NCBI GenBank assembly: GCA_038230095.1
Contig: JBBRNT010000005.1
Coordinates: 18,619-82,618 of the forward strand
Direction: 5' to 3'
Source of the DNA: Candidatus Saccharimonadia bacterium
GTDB taxonomy: Bacteria; Patescibacteriota; Saccharimonadia; UBA4664; JBBRNT01
Length of the DNA stretch: 64,000 nucleotides
In this document: positions 8,703 through 17,550 of the stretch, piece after piece
Position numbering within the stretch: position 1 is the stretch's first letter
Layout of the letters: each line of letters begins with the position of its first letter
Translations under genes and position numbers: made by a program
The notes under the pieces: generated by a model
What the model was told of the DNA's origin: nothing
The model's input: only the letters and a program-made list of their open reading frames with translations
The model's database searches: none

Positions 8703-9255
8703 TTACTTCCCAGAACCCCGGCGCGTCGTGGTCGAGCAACTGTAGCCCGCGCACCCACTTGGCGCTTTTCCAGAGGTATAGATGCGGCACGAATAGCCGC
8801 GCTGGTCCGCCGTGCTGGGCTTCCAGGGGTGCGTTATCGAAATTAAAAGCCAGCATAGCTTGGCCATTCAAGACGTCCGCGAGCGGTAGATTGGTGGTGT
8901 AGCCTCCGTCGCAGTAGGCAACCACATACTTGGCCTCTGGCTTGGGCACAGCGAGCTTAAATAGGTCGTCCAGCGATACGCCCTGCCAGGTGGTATCTAG
9001 CTTGCTCCAGCGCGTGACACAGTGAATATCGGTATTCATGGTGCTCATGGGCAGTTTCTGCATCTCGTCCCAGCTCCACTCCATCTCATGCTCGACAAGT
9101 CCTTCTATCTTGAAGCTCCATTGTTCGGTGGGGACGTGCGGCGTAGGCCCATAGGTGAGCACAGGCCAGTCGGTAACCAGGAATTGTCCGGGTGGTACAC
9201 GCTTAGGATCGACAGCATCACGTTTGCGGCCGAATCCAGCATTAATAATAGACAT
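8647..9255 (-). CDS. sulfite-oxidase-family molybdopterin-binding oxidoreductase; a single-domain YuiH/MsrP-like catalytic module
   Basis: Oxidored_molyb-like region with the conserved Mo-ligand Cys context DIHCVTRWSK; ~200 aa. Confidence 0.75.
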   Translation of the reverse strand: MSIINAGFGRKRDAVDPKRVPPGQFLVTDWPVLTYGPTPHVPTEQWSFKIEGLVEHEMEWSWDEMQKLPMSTMNTDIHCVTRWSKLDTTWQGVSLDDLFKLAVPKPEAKYVVAYCDGGYTTNLPLADVLNGQAMLAFNFDNAPLEAQHGGPARLFVPHLYLWKSAKWVRGLQLLDHDAPGFWEVNGYNNHGDPWKEERYSGD

Positions 9256-9270
9256 ATATCCTCCTCGCTA

Positions 9271-10674
9271 TTACGACTTCTTCGCTGGAATCACAGACTC
9301 GATAAAGACATCCTTAAGCCGCTTGGCTTCGAGCGGAGTGGGAGCGCCAGTGAGTGGCTCCCGGGCATCGCCTGTCTTTGGAAAGGCCATGACTTCGCGA
9401 ATGTTGGGCTCGCCGGCAAAAATCATGATAAGGCGCTCGAGGCCCCAGGCAATACCACCATGAGGTGGGGCGCCGAACTTGAAGGCCTCGAACATGTGGC
9501 CGAAACGCTCCTGGATGACATCCTGGCCCATGCCCATAATCTCAAACACACGCTTGAGGGCCTCGGGCTGGTGATTGCGAATGCTGCCACCGCCAATCTC
9601 ATACCCATTGAGTGCAATGTCGTACTGGGTGGTGAGAATTTCATTAATATGAGACTTGTCCATAAGCCAGTCGCGATGCTCCGGTACTGGTGCCGAGAAA
9701 GGATTATGCGTAAATGTCCAGCCTCCACCGTCGGTCTTCTCAAAGAATGGGAAGTCTATAACCCAGCAGAAGGCCAGCAGATTGGGATCGCTTTTGTCTT
9801 CACGCAGGTCTGGCTTGTCACTGCCGTACTTCTCCATAGCTTCAGCGTAGGTAAGCCGTGGGAATGGGAGTGTCTGGATACGCTTTTCAGGCGCATGCTT
9901 TGCTACCAGCTCGATGAGCAGGGCTTCATTCAGGGCCATGACGTCCTCGCGCTCAACGAATGACAGCTCCATGTCTAGCTGGGTAAACTCTGGCTGACGG
10001 TCGCCGCGCTGGTCCTCGTCACGGAAGCAGCGAGCAATCTGGAAATAGCGACCAATGCCCCCGACCATGAGCAGCTGCTTAAACTGCTGCGGTGACTGAG
10101 GCAAGGTATAGAAATCGCCCGGGTGGAGGCGTGAGGGCACAATAAACTCACGGGCGCCCTCGGGTGTGCCTTTGGTGAGGTTGGGCGTCTCTACCTCTAT
10201 AAAGTCCTGGCCGTCCATATAGTCTCGGATACTTTTGACGACGGCGTGGCGGAGGCGCAGATTGCGCGCCATGCGCTCGGTGCGCAGGTCTAGGTAACGG
10301 TACTTCAGACGGACTTCGTCGTTGACTGCCGAGGTGTCTTTATTTATCTCAAATGGCAGTTCCATAGACTCCGATAGTACCGTGACGGAGCTAGCGCCCA
10401 GCTCTACCTCGCCGGTGACAATATTCTTATTTATAAACCGCTCGCCGCGTTTGCGTACCTCACCGGTAATCTCAACGACATACTCATTGCCCAGCTTGGG
10501 AAGCGAGGATGGGTCGTCTATGACCACCTGAAGCAGTCCGCTGTAGTCCCGGAGGTCCATGAAGGCAATCTTGCCCATGTCACGGATAGTGTGTACCCAG
10601 CCTTTGACGGTGACAGTCTTACCGATATGCTGGGTAGTTAGCTTGGTTGAAATGTAGGGAGTGTTTTTTGCCAT
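9271..10674 (-). CDS. aspS: aspartate--tRNA ligase, bacterial type but lacking the GAD insertion domain
   Basis: N-terminal OB anticodon-binding domain; motif 2 FRDEDQRGDRQPEFTQLDMELSF; YGSDKPDLR; motif 3 GGIAWGLERL. At 467 aa it is shorter than the typical ~590 aa. Confidence 0.9.
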   Translation of the reverse strand: MAKNTPYISTKLTTQHIGKTVTVKGWVHTIRDMGKIAFMDLRDYSGLLQVVIDDPSSLPKLGNEYVVEITGEVRKRGERFINKNIVTGEVELGASSVTVLSESMELPFEINKDTSAVNDEVRLKYRYLDLRTERMARNLRLRHAVVKSIRDYMDGQDFIEVETPNLTKGTPEGAREFIVPSRLHPGDFYTLPQSPQQFKQLLMVGGIGRYFQIARCFRDEDQRGDRQPEFTQLDMELSFVEREDVMALNEALLIELVAKHAPEKRIQTLPFPRLTYAEAMEKYGSDKPDLREDKSDPNLLAFCWVIDFPFFEKTDGGGWTFTHNPFSAPVPEHRDWLMDKSHINEILTTQYDIALNGYEIGGGSIRNHQPEALKRVFEIMGMGQDVIQERFGHMFEAFKFGAPPHGGIAWGLERLIMIFAGEPNIREVMAFPKTGDAREPLTGAPTPLEAKRLKDVFIESVIPAKKS

Positions 10675-10732
10675 AATTAGGCCATATTATACCTGTTGAA
10701 TTTGTCTTTGGCGAGCATTGCCATCTTGAGAG

Positions 10733-11890
10733 CTAGTCGTCCTGGCTTGAGCCTTGGAAAAAGCTTCGCATAGCTAGGCCAAACGGGAGTAAGAGTACAT
10801 AGAGTTTCAGGTCCAGGTAGCGCCGGATTATCCAGCCGGCATAGCCAAAGACCTGAAAGCCCTCAGTCTCGACGGCGCACCATGACGGGCCGCAGGGTAT
10901 GGCACCAATAGGCTTCTTCGGCGCGTAGCCGAGCGGGTCGTGGCTACGGGCCTGTCGCTTTAGATTGGTGGTGACAAAGTCTGCATCGTAGATGGCGGTC
11001 TGGGCCCAGCCGCTATAGGTAGTAAGGGCGCTGTCGCCCAGGACGTAGATGTGGTCGGTGGCTTGGAGCTGGGCGTCGACTATGACCTTGCCACCTTTGC
11101 CAAGATTAAACAGCTCAGGATGTGCGGCGTAGATAGGGTTGTTGGTAACGCCGGCTGTCCAGACAACGGTATGGGTCTTAATGGTACCCTCTGGTAGCTC
11201 CAGCGTATTGGCGGTCTCGGCTTTGACGGCCGTATTGGTATAGATCTTAATTCCTAGCTGCTTTAGACGTTTTTGGACGGCGCGGGAGAACTCCTCTGGT
11301 AGAGCTGGCAGAATGCGTGGAGCAGCCTCTACGAGGATAATGCGGAAGCTTTTGCTCTGCACAAAGTAGCGCTTACGCAAGCGCCCCAGGTATGACACCA
11401 TTTCGGCCGCCAGCTCGACACCAGTCGGGCCAGCGCCTACTACTACGTAGTTCAGGTCCATTTTATTATCACCAGTTAGCTCCGTATGCAGGTGTGAGCG
11501 AAGCCGCAAAGCCTCGTCTACTGTCTTAATGCCAAAGGAGAACCGGTCTAGACCCGCTATGCCGAAGAATGCGGTGACACTCCCGAGTGCCATAATGAGC
11601 TTGTCGTAGTGGTGGTCCTTGCCATCGGCGGTACGGACGACCTTGTCCTTAGAGTGTATTTTTTCCAGGCGAGATAGCGCAATATGAACATTACCTATGC
11701 CTTCGAATATTTCGGCTAACGGGACTTTGACTGCCAAGGGTGAGTGGCCTGTACTGGTACGATACAGTGCGGCGTGGTACTCCCAACAATATTTATCCGA
11801 GATGAGCGTTACCTGGAAGTGCGGATTACCGGCGAGATTCCGGGCGGCTTTTACCCCTGCAAACCCGCCGCCAATAATAACAATCATCAT
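10733..11890 (-). CDS. ndh: type II NADH dehydrogenase (NDH-2) / FAD-dependent pyridine nucleotide-disulfide oxidoreductase
   Basis: Two dinucleotide-binding GxGxxG motifs (IVIIGGGFAGVKAA and VVVGAGPTGVELAAE). Confidence 0.8.
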   Translation of the reverse strand: MMIVIIGGGFAGVKAARNLAGNPHFQVTLISDKYCWEYHAALYRTSTGHSPLAVKVPLAEIFEGIGNVHIALSRLEKIHSKDKVVRTADGKDHHYDKLIMALGSVTAFFGIAGLDRFSFGIKTVDEALRLRSHLHTELTGDNKMDLNYVVVGAGPTGVELAAEMVSYLGRLRKRYFVQSKSFRIILVEAAPRILPALPEEFSRAVQKRLKQLGIKIYTNTAVKAETANTLELPEGTIKTHTVVWTAGVTNNPIYAAHPELFNLGKGGKVIVDAQLQATDHIYVLGDSALTTYSGWAQTAIYDADFVTTNLKRQARSHDPLGYAPKKPIGAIPCGPSWCAVETEGFQVFGYAGWIIRRYLDLKLYVLLLPFGLAMRSFFQGSSQDD

Positions 11891-11935
11891 GCGTTAAGCT
11901 TAACAACAATTGTGCAGCTAGACAAATCTTGTTGG

Positions 11936-12301
11936 TTACGACTGCGGGGCTGACTTGCGGCGAGTGGTGAGTAAGGCAGCAATGACGAGCGCCATGCTGG
12001 CAAAGGCGGCGATCCGCATCATGAGCACTCCCAGATCGAAGCTCGTCTCCCCAGCTTTGCCGCCAATGCCACCCACAATCGCCAACAGAACTAAGCCTAC
12101 ACAGAGATACCGTGTGGCCGTACTGGCACGCGATTTAACGGCATAGTACAACGAAACAAGAGCTATGCCACCCATCCCAACACCAGCAAGCCGGTGAAGC
12201 ATAAGGAGTCCGACGCTCGGGTTCGTCATCTGGACAGCGCCAAGGACAAACGTGGCCAGAATGAATAGTGCTTGGATAATGAGTACTAGGCGTAGCTTCA
12301 C
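11936..12301 (-). CDS. hypothetical small membrane protein (4 TM)
   Basis: Hydrophobic helices throughout; no recognisable motif. Confidence 0.5.
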   Translation of the reverse strand: MKLRLVLIIQALFILATFVLGAVQMTNPSVGLLMLHRLAGVGMGGIALVSLYYAVKSRASTATRYLCVGLVLLAIVGGIGGKAGETSFDLGVLMMRIAAFASMALVIAALLTTRRKSAPQS

Positions 12302-12321
12302 GGTACCTCCTTAGAAAGTGC

Positions 12322-13245
12322 TTACTGCGGTGGGAATACAGCGGTGAGCTCAGCTGAGTCATAGAAGACCTTGCCAAGTTCACCGAATCCGTAGGTATGA
12401 TCATTGAGAACTATGGTGCTGCCGCCCAGCTTCGGATCGGTCTTGGGCTTGGAACTTCCAAAGCCAATATTGAATAGAGTGGTAATAATACCCGGCTTGT
12501 CCTGTAGAGTGTAGCCCTGGTGCGCCCACTGGGCTTCTATTTCTCGAACATACAGCGCAGCGTACAGGTAGGCGTAGTAGTGCTCTCTGACGTCACTGAG
12601 ACGAGTATACAGTAGCTCATCATGGTTGACGTCGGCTGGATAGCTGATGAGGTAGCCTAGTTCGCTACCAGGGTAGAACGGCGATGTGCTGTCTTGCAAG
12701 GACAGCTCTATACTCTTTGCTGTGTCCTCCTTTATTCCTGAGACTCCGAGCGAGAACTTGGACATGGAGCCCAGAGCCTTCAGTGGCTCAAATAGCTTCT
12801 TGAAGTTCTCCCGGTCGCTCGTGAAGTAGCGTAACTGCTCTGGGATAACAACGGCGGCAATCTGGCGTGAAGATACCCCGGTCTCGATAGCTACGCGCTC
12901 TATGGTCTTCTTATCCTTGGCTATGCCAGCGCGTACCACCGCCCACTCGGGGCTCTTGTTCCAGTCACAGGCGGGGGTAAGCTTCTCAGTAGCAGGCTCT
13001 AGGCAAGTGACAGCCGGATCGCCAGTGGGCTGAGCACCTAGATTGGTAAAGGCCTGCACCTGTTGGGGCGTGACAGCCTTAGCAGCATCTGTAAAGAACT
13101 TGTTGCGCTCGGCACTGGCGCCTCGCACATTGAGCCAGCCAAAGTGCAGTGCAAGAAAAATAATACAAAACAGCACGCCGACAGCAGCGAAGAGAACTAA
13201 AACCACCAAGCCAAGCTTTTTCAGCATATGAACCCATAGTAACAC
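12322..13245 (-). CDS. hypothetical membrane-anchored protein
   Basis: N-terminal TM helix and a ~270-aa soluble domain; no recognised motif. Confidence 0.5.
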   Translation of the reverse strand: MLLWVHMLKKLGLVVLVLFAAVGVLFCIIFLALHFGWLNVRGASAERNKFFTDAAKAVTPQQVQAFTNLGAQPTGDPAVTCLEPATEKLTPACDWNKSPEWAVVRAGIAKDKKTIERVAIETGVSSRQIAAVVIPEQLRYFTSDRENFKKLFEPLKALGSMSKFSLGVSGIKEDTAKSIELSLQDSTSPFYPGSELGYLISYPADVNHDELLYTRLSDVREHYYAYLYAALYVREIEAQWAHQGYTLQDKPGIITTLFNIGFGSSKPKTDPKLGGSTIVLNDHTYGFGELGKVFYDSAELTAVFPPQ

Positions 13246-13282
13246 AGGATCTAGCTACCTCACTGCACGCCAACAAACGCAG

Positions 13283-13687
13283 TTGTTATGCTATGGTAGC
13301 TGTATGATGAAACGACCAGTCTTTCTTACATGTCTTGTTCTATCTGTGATCATAACGACCGCTGTACTGCTACTGCCATGGATCGCACTGATCATACCGT
13401 TACCCGTCGCACTGCTCATGCTCGTGCCGTTTGTTGTGGTGCTACTTACGGTGGTTGCAGCCGGCTTTCAGAAGCTGGCTGGGCTAGTTGGTGACGTCTC
13501 TAGGGGAAGGCTGTTCGTGGTGCTTGCGATTGCAGCACCTATCATAGGCGTTGGCGTGGGCGTAGCTGCCTATATCCATAACTCCTACCAAGTGCCGTAC
13601 CTCATCTGGTATCCGCTGGGCGTGACTGTTGGGCTGGAAGCTTTACTGGGTCTTGGTGGCGCTATACTCGGGCGGTCACGAGACTAG
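13283..13687 (+). CDS. hypothetical membrane protein
   Basis: 134 aa, 3-4 hydrophobic helices. Confidence 0.45.
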   Translation: MLCYGSCMMKRPVFLTCLVLSVIITTAVLLLPWIALIIPLPVALLMLVPFVVVLLTVVAAGFQKLAGLVGDVSRGRLFVVLAIAAPIIGVGVGVAAYIHNSYQVPYLIWYPLGVTVGLEALLGLGGAILGRSRD

Positions 13688-13702
13688 ATTAGCCCCGTTG
13701 TC

Positions 13703-13969
13703 ATGCTCATAGGGACGCTGATAGATGCAGCGTTCATTATGTACCTGACGCCAAGTGCGTTTGTTGCAGAGGGCACAACAACACCAGGACTGGCTGTACT
13801 GTTCTTTGCGCTGCTGTTGCCATTTCTACTGCACAACACCCTAAGGCTACGTTGGGCTATTGGCCACTCAATGTGCAGAAACTACCAGCTGATCATGACA
13901 AGAAGATCTGGAAGAAGTACGGTAGGCGTGTGGATGCACCGACCTATCTATACGTATTATTCGCATTGA
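13703..13969 (+). CDS. hypothetical small membrane protein
   Basis: 88 aa with 2 TM helices; lies 15 nt downstream of the preceding + strand gene. Confidence 0.35.
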   Translation: MLIGTLIDAAFIMYLTPSAFVAEGTTTPGLAVLFFALLLPFLLHNTLRLRWAIGHSMCRNYQLIMTRRSGRSTVGVWMHRPIYTYYSH

Positions 13970-14241
13970 TTTTTATCTCAGTTATAGTGCTTGCGCTCTG
14001 TCTGGCGCAATCATAGTAGTTTACAGCTGCGGTGCATTGTTTCGTAGATGGCTGCGTAGGCAGTTGACTGCTTAACGCGCCCAACTGTAAACGATAGTTG
14101 CAGCTATCCGCTGGTTTGTAGTTAGGCATGATGAACGAGATTAGAGCGCTTAGCATCCGGATTAAGCCGTACTTAAAAGCCGTTTTCATGTGGCTCATTA
14201 GTTTATGTGTTGGGCCGGCTAATGTCTGGATGAGCCGACGA

Positions 14242-14886
14242 CTAGAATCGCTTGCCGTTAGGGAGCTGCTTGAGGGCGAGCACGAGGCCACCAATAATGA
14301 TTGCTTCCGTGATAAGTACACTCGGGACTCCGCCGGCCTGGCCTGTAAAGGCAGCAAAGATGGCAATCATGAACGCCAGGCTGGTGCATACGAGGAACGT
14401 CCATACTCCAATCCTTACCCCCCTCAGCGCGAAGCCTTTGGTGGTGTTGGCGGCCGAGTCTGTCACCCGAACGCCAGCGGCGTGCAGCGCCGGTAGCCAG
14501 TCGCTAATGCCACTCTTCTCAATGCTCCTCCCAGCGAGGGCCATACCGGCCAAGCCCCCGACAAGGCCCAGAGAGGCGATGACTTGGAGCTCATTACCGC
14601 TTTTGAAGGTGGTGATGGCCCCGCCGGCTGTGTAGAACTTCAGATAAATCATATTCTGGGTGACGTTCTCAATATTTGAAAGCGGCGTATTCCAGTTTTT
14701 CTCAGGATTCTTCTCACTCACGAAACTTACGCCTGCGGAGGTTAAGCTCAATACCCCATCCGCCCCTTCGTCAGTTTGCCACCGAAATCTAAACTTATCG
14801 GTTGTTAGTCTCATAGGGGTGGCTAATAGCTGCGTTGTGGTAGGTTCCGCGGCTAATTGCGAGTCCGTAGCAGGAGTTGTATCCAT
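14242..14886 (-). CDS. hypothetical protein with an N-terminal soluble domain and a C-terminal 3-TM region
   Basis: 214 aa; no recognised motif. Confidence 0.5.
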   Translation of the reverse strand: MDTTPATDSQLAAEPTTTQLLATPMRLTTDKFRFRWQTDEGADGVLSLTSAGVSFVSEKNPEKNWNTPLSNIENVTQNMIYLKFYTAGGAITTFKSGNELQVIASLGLVGGLAGMALAGRSIEKSGISDWLPALHAAGVRVTDSAANTTKGFALRGVRIGVWTFLVCTSLAFMIAIFAAFTGQAGGVPSVLITEAIIIGGLVLALKQLPNGKRF

Positions 14887-14963
14887 AAGTCCCTTATATT
14901 ACATTATTGCGGCTAGTATACCATAACAAGAAAAGCTCCAGTCATGGTGACGGGAACTTATCT

Positions 14964-15039
14964 TGGCAGGAGAGACAGGGATCGAACCTGCGACACCCGG
15001 TTTTGGAGACCGGTGCTCTACCAACTGAGCTACTCTCCT
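14964..15039 (-). tRNA. tRNA-Trp (anticodon CCA)
   Basis: Minus strand AGGAGAGTAGCTCAGTTGGTAGAGCACCGGTCTCCAAAACCGGGTGTCGCAGGTTCGATCCCTGTCTCTCCTGCCA. 7-bp acceptor stem, anticodon loop CTCCAAA, T-loop TTCGATC, encoded CCA end. Confidence 0.88.
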
Positions 15040-15108
15040 AGGTGCTCACCGCCCGTGAGCTAGACCAAGTGTATCACTCTCCACCTAGGTTGATAACCGG
15101 GAAGTAAA

Positions 15109-15270
15109 CTACTTGGATTCTTTGAATTCGACGACTTTGTTCAGACGCTTGGAGTACTTCTTGAGTACAAGGCGATCTGTCGTGTTCTTAGGATTCTTCT
15201 GGGTCATGTAGACCGTGGTTGGATCCTCGTCGTTGCGCAGGGCAATGTAGGGACGATTACGCTTTGGCAT
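15109..15270 (-). CDS. rpmG: 50S ribosomal protein L33
   Basis: MPKRNRPYIALRNDEDPTTVYMTQKNPKNTTDRLVLKKYSKRLNKVVEFKESK. Start set at the internal Met; the ORF track extends to 15294. Confidence 0.8.
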   Translation of the reverse strand: MPKRNRPYIALRNDEDPTTVYMTQKNPKNTTDRLVLKKYSKRLNKVVEFKESK

Positions 15271-15472
15271 GGGGTTGATCTTCCTTCGGGACAATTAATG
15301 ATGCAATGATGTAGGCGAGCGTTGCGGGTAGTATAGCAGTAATAACCGTGACACAGATGACGGCCAGGCGGATTACGTTTGAATCAACGCCAAAGTAGAC
15401 GCCAAGACCGCCGCAGAGGCCGGTGATCTTCTTGTCGGTGTCGGATAAGTACAATTTTTTCATACTGGTCAT
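15257..15472 (-). CDS. PspC-domain membrane protein
   Basis: KKLYLSDTDKKITGLCGGLGVYFGVDSNVIRL followed by a TM helix (PspC-family signature). Confidence 0.7.
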   Translation of the reverse strand: MTSMKKLYLSDTDKKITGLCGGLGVYFGVDSNVIRLAVICVTVITAILPATLAYIIASLIVPKEDQPHAKA

Positions 15473-15496
15473 AGTACACCTAAGAATACAATGCTA

Positions 15497-15571
<75 letters not shown>

Positions 15572-15775
15572 ACCTCGCTCGTAAGCTCTAGCCTAGTAAT
15601 ACGACTCTTGTATTACTCTGGCCTCTGCTCGTCACTCGGTCTTGCCTCGCCACACAGCCTATTGGCTTGGTCTGACTCGGCTGTTGGTTGCTAGCCTAGA
15701 CTACATCCGACGTAATTCATCGGCAAGTCGCATTTTGTAATGCTCGGGCAGATAGCTGCTCTGTTTAGGACGAAG

Positions 15776-15861
15776 TGGTGCCGGGTGTAGGATTTGAACC
15801 TACGAAGGAATACACCAGCTGATTTACAGTCAGCCCCCTTTGACCACTTGGGTAACCCGGC
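15776..15861 (-). tRNA. tRNA-Tyr (anticodon GTA), long variable arm
   Basis: Minus strand GCCGGGTTACCCAAGTGGTCAAAGGGGGCTGACTGTAAATCAGCTGGTGTATTCCTTCGTAGGTTCAAATCCTACACCCGGCACCA; type II tRNA. Confidence 0.88.
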
Positions 15862-15895
15862 TTGTCGCTATACGAGCACAAAACTGACATAGGAC

Positions 15896-15971
15896 TGGAG
15901 CCGACGGAGGGATTCGAACCCACGACCCGCTGTTTACAAAACAGCCGCTCTAGCCTCTGAGCTACGTCGGC
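15896..15971 (-). tRNA. tRNA-Thr (anticodon TGT)
   Basis: Minus strand GCCGACGTAGCTCAGAGGCTAGAGCGGCTGTTTTGTAAACAGCGGGTCGTGGGTTCGAATCCCTCCGTCGGCTCCA; anticodon loop TTTGTAA; one U-U mismatch in the T-stem. Confidence 0.8.
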
Positions 15972-16046
15972 GTATGGCTAATGGAAACTCTGGGGCAGAA
16001 AACGCTCAAAACAACTACGGTATCATAACATCGAACGGCGGTGTTT

Positions 16047-16706
16047 TCAAGCAGTAGGACCGCCAATTATCATGCCAGGGGCTGGATGTGGCTGGTTCTC
16101 GCGTAGCTGCTTGGCGCGGGAGCGGAGGGCAGCGGCCTTATCCCGCTCTTTGGTGGCATCATAGGCGTCAGCTAGAAGCACTAGGGCCCTGGCAGTAGGC
16201 TCTAGTTCCACTGCCCTTTCGAGCGCTGTAATGGTTCGAGAGTGGTTAGCTATCTTGCTGTAGGCGCGCGCTAGAAGCATATAGCGCTGACTGCTAGCCT
16301 CGAACATTATGGACTTCTCAAGGCTGGCAATGGCCTTAATGTGGTTACGGTTCTCCAGATAGGCTTGTCCTAGATACTGGAAATGCAGAGCATTGGGCGC
16401 AATTTGGCTCACTACGACGTAGCACTCAATGGCATCATTGTAGTTTTTCTGGGCAATATAGATGGCCCCGAGGCGCAGGTAAGCTGAGGTGTTTTTATGA
16501 TCAAGTCGCAACACGCGTAGATAGGCTTTCTCGGCGGCAACATACTTGCGTTCGGCGTAGAGTCTGGCGGCGTAATCTAGTAGGCTTGCAAGCTGCGGAG
16601 TCACGGACTTACCACCTAGGTCGGTGGCAGATTGGCGGCCGGTAGTACGAGCGAGGGCGAGGTAGAGGATAATAATCGCAAAGACAATAATACCCCCCTC
16701 AAGCAT
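16047..16706 (-). CDS. TPR-repeat protein with an N-terminal TM anchor
   Basis: TM helix followed by multiple TPR-like A/Y/L repeats (AYLRLGAIYIAQKNYNDAIECY...). Confidence 0.7.
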   Translation of the reverse strand: MLEGGIIVFAIIILYLALARTTGRQSATDLGGKSVTPQLASLLDYAARLYAERKYVAAEKAYLRVLRLDHKNTSAYLRLGAIYIAQKNYNDAIECYVVVSQIAPNALHFQYLGQAYLENRNHIKAIASLEKSIMFEASSQRYMLLARAYSKIANHSRTITALERAVELEPTARALVLLADAYDATKERDKAAALRSRAKQLRENQPHPAPGMIIGGPTA

Positions 16707-17550
16707 TGCGAATCTCCAGAAATAGACCCTCTAGGCAGGACTTAAGGCTCACATTGGCAGTGCGTCGCTTGTCATAATTCTCCAAGGCACGAACAGCGGT
16801 GACGCGCTCGCCTAATGCCATGTCTTGTGCTTGCTGTAAGCTACTTGCGAGCGCCTCCACTGTGGCATCTGCCAGAGTGGTGTCTGCTGCCAGGCGTGCT
16901 GCGAGCGCAAGATTGCTGAGTCGGTCACGCTTACGCACAGCGGCTGCGAGCTCGGCGGCTTCGGCACGTCGCCCCAGCGCTGTCTGGTCGCCAACAAGGC
17001 TCATAGCGGCCCCAGGCAGACCAGCGCTGAGCTGGGCAATCTCTGCGACCTTACCTGCACTTCTCGGGTGCTTCGCGGCGAGTAACTGTTCCAGAGCAGC
17101 CGAGGTAACCGGCCCAAAGTGGATAACCATGGCGCGCGAGCGTACCGTAATGAGCAGCCTCTCAAGGTCGCTCGTAACCAAGATGATTAGACAGTCGGGG
17201 GGTGGCTCCTCTAGGGTCTTGAGGAGGGCGTTCTGAGCCTCGTTGGTCAGTAGCTCTGCGCCATCAATAATAACTGTGCGCTTACTGGCCGTGTGTGCGC
17301 GAAGTGACAGGCTCTGAATAAGCACTCGAGCTTCCGGAATACCAATTGTCTCTATTCCGTCGCCAACCACAATGGTGTTGGCGTCATTGGTCTGGCGGCC
17401 AGAGCGCATAGCAGCGATAATACCAGCCGCGCTGGCCTTCCCCAGATGTGCGGGCCCCGTAAGCACAACCGTTCCGCTGTCACGCTGGGCGGCCCCCTCA
17501 AGCTGTGACGCTACCCCACTACTCAGCAGGAGCTTATCAAACATGACCAT
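16699..17550 (-). CDS. holB: DNA polymerase III delta-prime subunit
   Basis: AAA+ clamp-loader signature: Walker-like GPAHLGKASAA, and the sensor region NALLKTLEEPP. Confidence 0.8.
   Translation of the reverse strand: MVMFDKLLLSSGVASQLEGAAQRDSGTVVLTGPAHLGKASAAGIIAAMRSGRQTNDANTIVVGDGIETIGIPEARVLIQSLSLRAHTASKRTVIIDGAELLTNEAQNALLKTLEEPPPDCLIILVTSDLERLLITVRSRAMVIHFGPVTSAALEQLLAAKHPRSAGKVAEIAQLSAGLPGAAMSLVGDQTALGRRAEAAELAAAVRKRDRLSNLALAARLAADTTLADATVEALASSLQQAQDMALGERVTAVRALENYDKRRTANVSLKSCLEGLFLEIRNA

Noticed and set aside
13944-14366. A 140-aa minus-strand ORF in an AT-richer gap
   Set aside because: The translation is low-complexity (S/L/Q-rich). It overlaps the start of the 14242..14886 gene region in another frame. 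It is more likely a non-coding promoter region.
15597-15607. A T7-promoter-like string, taatacgactc
   Set aside because: This is a coincidental 11-mer inside a hairpin (agtaatac/gtattact) between tRNA genes. It lacks the downstream cactatag and has no phage context.
15572-15775. A possible tRNA-Gly between tRNA-Tyr and tRNA-Thr(GGT), by analogy with thrU-tyrU-glyT-thrT
   Set aside because: No GGTTCGAATCC-like T-loop or cloverleaf is detectable by eye in this 200-nt spacer.
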